From Gemmatimonadaceae bacterium (GTDB lineage Bacteria; Gemmatimonadota; Gemmatimonadetes; Gemmatimonadales; Gemmatimonadaceae), in contig JBJMOW010000004.1 of NCBI GenBank assembly GCA_045803545.1, forward strand, positions 960,001-1,024,000: DNA of 64,000 nt, in the 5' to 3' direction. This document shows, in pieces, positions 59,223 through 64,000 of this stretch. Both the position numbers and the translations under genes were made by a program. Below the pieces are notes generated by a model, which did no database searches, was not told the origin of the DNA, and worked only from the letters and a program-made list of their open reading frames with translations. Each line of letters starts with the position of its first letter. Position 1 is the stretch's first letter.

Positions 59223-60487
59223 CTGTCAGCCGTTTCGTAGCGATCGCGGTCGCTGGCGCGATCGTCGGCACCAGCGCGTCAGCGCAATCTCTGGCCAACC
59301 GCGTCGCGTCAGCGTCCGATCGTTCAGTGCAGTTCACCTACAAGGCGCGGCCGGGTGTATGCGGCGACGGTCGCACTTATATCTCCACTGGCCCGGGAAA
59401 CTTCTATGGCTTCAATTCGAGCGACAGGGCTGACCAGTGTCAGGCCGGTCCCGTGCGCGTGGTGGTCGACCTCGCCGACAGAAACGTTGTCGCGCTGCGC
59501 ACGTACGTCGGCATTCCGTCCACCGGCCTCGACGCGAGCGTTTCGAACCTCGGCAACGTAACTCCAACGGATGCCGCTGACTTCCTGCTGGGCGTAGCTG
59601 GGCGGGCCGATGGTCGCATCGGGCGCGACGCGATCTTTGCCGCGCTGCTTGGCGACAGTGTCGACGTCAGCTCGCGATTACTGACGATTGGCCGCGACGG
59701 CAATCGTCCATTGGAGACTCGTCGAGCCGCTCTCGCCGGCCTGGCGCGTACGGATTCGCGCCAGCTCGATGCGATTGGCTCGTCGCTCGTCCAGATCGCT
59801 ACCAACGAGAGCGATGTCCAGGGTGCGCGTGAGGAGGCGCTTCGAGTTCTGTCGAGACTCGATCACGGAGCCGGCATCCAGCCGCTGATTCGTCTTGCCA
59901 ACAGCAACGCGACTTCATGGATTGGTCGGGAGAGCATGCGTGTACTCGCGTCTTCGGGCGATCCGCGTGCCCGGGATTTTCTGCGCGCGACGGTGCAGCG
60001 CACTGACGTCCCCGATGAATTGCTTGCGTCGGCGATTCGTGGTCTCGGCCGCAACTATGTCACCGGACAGGATGCGACTTTGCTGCGCTCGCTTTATCCA
60101 AAGGTCACCGGAGATAAATCACGCGACGCCATCCTGGCGTCGCTAGCGAACCTGGGCGGCGCTGACAACGTGCAATGGCTCACCGATGTCGTCCGGAACG
60201 AGCAGCTTTCGCCTGACGCTCGTCGCCGAGCGCTTGTCTATCTCACCCGCGCCGGCGCGCCGACGCCCACGCTGGTTGCGCTCTACGATCCGCTCACCGA
60301 CTCACAGTTGCGTGGCGAGTTGATCAGCATCTACTCGCGCGCGGGCGACAAGTCAGCGACCGACAAACTCGTCTGGATTGCGCGCAATGAGCAGAACTAT
60401 CAGTTGAAGCGACGCGCGATCGGTGCGCTGTCGCGGAATTCAGATCCCGCGATCAGGCAGGCGCTGCAGGGTATTGTCGAGCGTTAA
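59219..60487 (+). CDS. Secreted HEAT-repeat protein
   Basis: Signal peptide; GVCGDG N-terminal motif; HEAT-like helical repeats; ATGA coupling to the upstream gene. Confidence 0.8.
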   Translation: MTVSRFVAIAVAGAIVGTSASAQSLANRVASASDRSVQFTYKARPGVCGDGRTYISTGPGNFYGFNSSDRADQCQAGPVRVVVDLADRNVVALRTYVGIPSTGLDASVSNLGNVTPTDAADFLLGVAGRADGRIGRDAIFAALLGDSVDVSSRLLTIGRDGNRPLETRRAALAGLARTDSRQLDAIGSSLVQIATNESDVQGAREEALRVLSRLDHGAGIQPLIRLANSNATSWIGRESMRVLASSGDPRARDFLRATVQRTDVPDELLASAIRGLGRNYVTGQDATLLRSLYPKVTGDKSRDAILASLANLGGADNVQWLTDVVRNEQLSPDARRRALVYLTRAGAPTPTLVALYDPLTDSQLRGELISIYSRAGDKSATDKLVWIARNEQNYQLKRRAIGALSRNSDPAIRQALQGIVER

Positions 60488-61080
60488 CCGGCGATCCGCC
60501 GGCGCTTGGCTGTAACTTCGGTATTCTCGACGAGGCGTGGAGCACTCCACGTCTTGTCGAGGACTTTCTGGAAGCAGCGCTTCGGAATGATCTCGACGCC
60601 CGATTTGGCGAGGGTGTCGTAGCGGGCCAGCTTCTCGGGGTAGCGCGAGATCGTGCAAGCCTTGTAGCCAAGCGACAGGAAGAAATTGTCGGTGAGGCTC
60701 AGCGCGAAAACTTCTTCGATGTCGCGCGCGCGAGCGAGCCGCTCGACGCCCAGCACCACCTGAGTGCCCAATCCCTTGCCGTGCTGGGTTGGCGATACGG
60801 CCACTGAGGATACCTCGGCCAGCGAGGGCGAATACTCCTCGAGCGCCGCGCAGGCGAGCACGCGACCGGCAGCGTCCGTTGCAACGACGTAGTTGTCGAT
60901 GCGCGAAGCGATCTGGTCCAGGGTGCGTGGCAGCATCAGCCCCTGAGCCGCGTACGGGGACACGAGCTCGAGGATCTGGGCCGCATCCGCCCGCGCTGCC
61001 CGGCGCACGATCTGCTGGGCCGGCTTGCGGCGATCAGAAAGCCCCCGGAGAGGCTTGGCTGCACTTGGGATTTTATGCAC
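60484..61080 (-). CDS. GNAT N-acetyltransferase (short ArgA-like)
   Basis: GLMLPR, LAEVSSVAV..HGKGLG and FFLSLGY. Confidence 0.85.
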   Translation of the reverse strand: MHKIPSAAKPLRGLSDRRKPAQQIVRRAARADAAQILELVSPYAAQGLMLPRTLDQIASRIDNYVVATDAAGRVLACAALEEYSPSLAEVSSVAVSPTQHGKGLGTQVVLGVERLARARDIEEVFALSLTDNFFLSLGYKACTISRYPEKLARYDTLAKSGVEIIPKRCFQKVLDKTWSAPRLVENTEVTAKRRRIAG

Positions 61081-61142
61081 GAAGAATGTATATATACACA
61101 GCCTTCGTGGCGCAAGAGTTTGAGGGAGGACTTGGACTGATA

Positions 61143-61317
61143 ACTACCGCGCTCGTAGCTGATAGCAGCAGGCTGTTAGCTGATGGCTGCCTGCAACCAG
61201 ACAGATCCCATAGAATAAAAGCGAGCAGAACGCTGTGCCTCTACGTTGTCGCGATCTGTCCCGTCGCCTGCAGCGAATAGCTATTAGCTAGCTGCTATCA
61301 GCTACCCGCGAGGTAGT
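61143..61317. repeat. Long imperfect hairpin built from TAGCTGA-type heptamers
   Basis: Perfect 15-bp IR GTAGCTGATAGCAGC (61155-61169) / GCTGCTATCAGCTAC (61291-61305); inner GACAGATC/GATCTGTC; outer ACTACC/GGTAGT. Confidence 0.8.
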
Positions 61318-61338
61318 GCGCTTTCAATGTCCGCGGTC

Positions 61339-61803
61339 CTAGTAGCTGGCGAACACCCGGTTCTTCCCATTCCGATCGAATGCGATGACCTGGTAGTGCT
61401 GCTTCATCGCTCCTTCCATCCCCGGTGATCCCATCGGCATTCCGGGAACAGCCAGCCCCTTCACCGCGGGCTTCGCTGCGAGCAATCGGTCGATGTCCGC
61501 TGCCGGCACGTGCCCCTCAATGAGGTAGCCCTCGACAACGGCTGTATGACACGATCTCAGATCGGGCGGTACGCCAAGCGTGGCTTTGATCTGCGCCATG
61601 TCGGGCGTGTCCTTGGCATCCACGCGGTAGCCGTGCTTGATGAGATGCTCGATCCAGTTTTTGCAGCAGCCGCAGCTCGGATCTTTGTAAACCGTGATCG
61701 TGGGTTTTTTCGGAGCAACCACGGTCGGTGCCGCAGCGGTCGTAACGGTCAGGGCAGCGGCGCAAACCGCGACCGCGAATAAGCTGAATGAGCGCTTGGT
61801 CAT
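61339..61803 (-). CDS. DUF411 periplasmic metal-binding protein
   Basis: YKDPSCGCC..W, SCHTA, EGHVP and GLAVPGMPMGSPGME; ATG overlaps the dinB stop. Confidence 0.92.
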   Translation of the reverse strand: MTKRSFSLFAVAVCAAALTVTTAAAPTVVAPKKPTITVYKDPSCGCCKNWIEHLIKHGYRVDAKDTPDMAQIKATLGVPPDLRSCHTAVVEGYLIEGHVPAADIDRLLAAKPAVKGLAVPGMPMGSPGMEGAMKQHYQVIAFDRNGKNRVFASY

Positions 61804-62339
61804 TGAGGCAGGGATTTGAGTGTGCGTTCGATTTGTTTGCGGTGTCGCGCTTCGTGGTGGCCGACGAAAATTAGCCACTGATACAGATCGAGCTCGCCAA
61901 GTACGATGTGGGTGTGCTTGATGTCGCCGATCGCCAACCCATCAGCAGAGACGACCGCCGACCGTAAAGCTTCACGCGAGGTCTCCAGTCCGTCGATTGC
62001 TTCATTGATGTCGACGTCGGTTCGTGGCTGAACGAGAGTGGGCGCCTGGAGTAATCCGGATTCCAGCTTGGCTGCGTGAGAGTCGAACGATCGCATTACC
62101 GACGATGTCGATGTTTCGTCCCGAAGGCCTTCTTCGCGCGCCTTCGCCACACGCTTGGTGATAAGGCGCGCGACACCCGACTCCACCATCCGCAGATGTT
62201 CGAGGATCTCCGCGACGGACCAGCCGCTTGGATCCGCTCGTTGGCAAAGTCTTGTGCCGGAGACGCCGGCGAAGCTGTTGAGCAGCTCGCGTCGCTTCTC
62301 CTCCACATAACTCATCGTTTCGGCGAGTCTGGGGTGCAC
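61800..62339 (-). CDS. DinB-superfamily protein
   Basis: WSVAEILEHL and HHEARH. Confidence 0.88.
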   Translation of the reverse strand: MHPRLAETMSYVEEKRRELLNSFAGVSGTRLCQRADPSGWSVAEILEHLRMVESGVARLITKRVAKAREEGLRDETSTSSVMRSFDSHAAKLESGLLQAPTLVQPRTDVDINEAIDGLETSREALRSAVVSADGLAIGDIKHTHIVLGELDLYQWLIFVGHHEARHRKQIERTLKSLPQ

Positions 62340-62361
62340 GTTTCTAATGTAGTCATGGGGC

Positions 62362-62390
62362 TTGGCTTCGGGTTATATTCGGTATATAAT
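62362..62390 (+). promoter_or_regulatory. imuB promoter with conserved operator-like motif
   Basis: TTGGCT-17-TATAAT; CTTCGGnnTATATTCGGTATA is shared with the imuA promoter. Confidence 0.72.
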
Positions 62391-62413
62391 TGATCCCCCC
62401 GCTTCGCTCTGCA

Positions 62414-63784
62414 ATGTTTATCTGCCTCTGGACTCCCGCTGCTTTTCCTGCTCTCCCGCTCTTCGCTGAGGAGGGAGTCGTCCAGGAGAGCGAGCTGCTC
62501 AATGAGCTGGTTCCGGAGCTCCTCAACGTCGCACCGCGCGTCACGATCGGCTCGAGAGGAGTTGTGTGGGCAGATGCCCGCGGACTAGATGCCGAGCTCC
62601 TCGCCAACGATCTTCTCGATGTCTTCCATCGACATGTTCCATCCTGCCTCCCGCCTCCCGCCTCCCGCCTCCCGCTTCCCGCGAGAGCGGCGATCTCGCT
62701 CGTACCAATCACCGCGGAAGTGGCAGCACTGCATGGCAACGGTGGGCTAGTCAGGATCCCGGTCGGCACCGAGCGGGAATTTCTGGCGCCGTTTCCGATC
62801 GGAGTGCTCGAAGCATCGCCGTTTCTGGCGTCGCTGCTCGATGGAATCGGAGTCGAGCGCTGTGCCGATCTGGCGAAGCTCGATCTGGAATCGATCGAGG
62901 TCCGGTTCGGCGCCGAAGGCGCCAATCTCTGGAGATTGGCGAGAGCCGACGACACGCGTCGCATCTTCAAGACGGTGCCGCGTGCGCTGCCGACTGCTTC
63001 GCTCGACTGGCTGGATTACACTCTGCGCGACGCCGAGCGTCTCGTCTTCATCATTAACTCGCTCGTCGGCAACATCACCACCGAGCTCAAGTCGCGCGGG
63101 CAATGTGCGCGTGAGATGACGTTGGTATTCTCGCTGGCAAACCGTGAGACCCTCGAGCAGCTGGTGCGCCCGGCGCGGTCCACGGCGAGCCACAAAGCGT
63201 GGATGAGATTGATGCGCTCGCACCTGGAGCGACTCTCTCTGCCCGACGGTGTCGTCGGCATTACCGTTCGCGTCGAGTCGGTAACCGGTGAGGTCGAGAA
63301 ACAGGGCGACATCTTCGATCGCGGCTTCGGCACCGCGCGCGCGGCCGAGGAGACCATCGCGCAGCTCCTCGATGACCAGGGCGCGGTGGTCGTCACGCCA
63401 CGAAATTCACAGCATCCGTTGATCGACCGCCGCACCGAGTGGGTCACTCAGGAGCCATCCCAGGCATCGGCGCGCATTCAGCTGCGGGAGCGAGTGGTGA
63501 AAGCGACGGCGGCCCCGCGTCTGACGCTGCAATTATTGCCAGAACCCAAGAGAGTGGCGGTAACGACACGCCGTCGTCGCGATCACGACATGCCGATCCA
63601 GTATCGCGACAAAGAGTGGGCAACTCTCGTCTCCGCCGCCGGTCCCGATCGTGTGTCAGGTGGCCAATGGACCGAGCCCTACGCGCGCGAATATTTCCGC
63701 TGCGTCACTGATGACGGAATGATGGTCTGGCTATTCCGCGATGCGCGCGATAGCGAGTGGTATTTGCACGGCTGGTGGGATTAA
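62414..63784 (+). CDS. imuB: ImuB-like inactive Y-family polymerase
   Basis: MFICLW, WADARGL, FLAPFPI..L..GIG....DLA, QGDIF clamp-binding-like motif, and C-terminal GPDRVSGGQW..REYF..WLFR..WYLHGWWD typical of ImuB. Confidence 0.85.
   Translation: MFICLWTPAAFPALPLFAEEGVVQESELLNELVPELLNVAPRVTIGSRGVVWADARGLDAELLANDLLDVFHRHVPSCLPPPASRLPLPARAAISLVPITAEVAALHGNGGLVRIPVGTEREFLAPFPIGVLEASPFLASLLDGIGVERCADLAKLDLESIEVRFGAEGANLWRLARADDTRRIFKTVPRALPTASLDWLDYTLRDAERLVFIINSLVGNITTELKSRGQCAREMTLVFSLANRETLEQLVRPARSTASHKAWMRLMRSHLERLSLPDGVVGITVRVESVTGEVEKQGDIFDRGFGTARAAEETIAQLLDDQGAVVVTPRNSQHPLIDRRTEWVTQEPSQASARIQLRERVVKATAAPRLTLQLLPEPKRVAVTTRRRRDHDMPIQYRDKEWATLVSAAGPDRVSGGQWTEPYAREYFRCVTDDGMMVWLFRDARDSEWYLHGWWD
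62640..62681 (+). repeat. Six 7-bp units (four perfect CCTCCCG) inside the imuB CDS
   Basis: catcctg cctcccg cctcccg cctcccg cctcccg cttcccg. Confidence 0.92.
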
Positions 63785-63950
63785 TTACTCAGAACTGCGC
63801 GCTGCTAGCCAACGAATCAGTCCCAGCTGCGAGCTAAGACCGAAATTCGAACCTATTGCGAGTTAAGAGCAAACGCTCCATCCAAGCTCGTACCTCGCAC
63901 TGGGCTCGCAAATCGGACTCAGATCGCACCTCGGATTCACCCGTATTGCA

Positions 63951-64000
63951 ATGAAGCGTCTCCTCCTACTTCTGCTTCTTACAGTTCCCAGCGTCGCGAG
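63951..64000 (+). CDS. 5' end of a probable secreted protein (runs off the window)
   Basis: ATG then MKRLLLLLLLTVPSVA, a signal-peptide-like sequence. Confidence 0.55.
   Translation, partial: MKRLLLLLLLTVPSVA

Overview
A GC-rich, densely coding bacterial chromosome segment with about 55 CDS. The gene repertoire suggests Gemmatimonadota, which is an inference. Most genes are housekeeping: kup, an EmrAB-TolC pump with TetR, nth/polX, peptidases, metH/yitJ under a SAM-II riboswitch, gltA, thrA-thrC-thrB, two ECF sigma/anti-sigma operons, and imuA- and imuB-like genes. No rRNA, tRNA, CRISPR array, transposase or integrase was seen. The most unusual signal is a family of inverted-repeat elements sharing the terminus GATTGAGGCGTTCGGAC. 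A 625-bp copy (30676-31300) has 57-bp inverted arms that enclose only a four-helix-bundle (23S rRNA IVP/S23-like) gene. Two empty copies (13033-13090, 56071-56193) look like internal-deletion derivatives. All three abut a stop codon and lack a target-site duplication. Other signals: a shared 21-bp operator-like motif in the promoters of the separated imuA and imuB genes; a 7-bp tandem repeat inside imuB; other heptamer-built hairpins; a degenerate-GGDEF protein with an intact I-site in an operon with HEAT and GT2 genes; a kup gene with no canonical start codon; and several probable leaderless genes. All family assignments come from motif recognition by eye; no database search was run.
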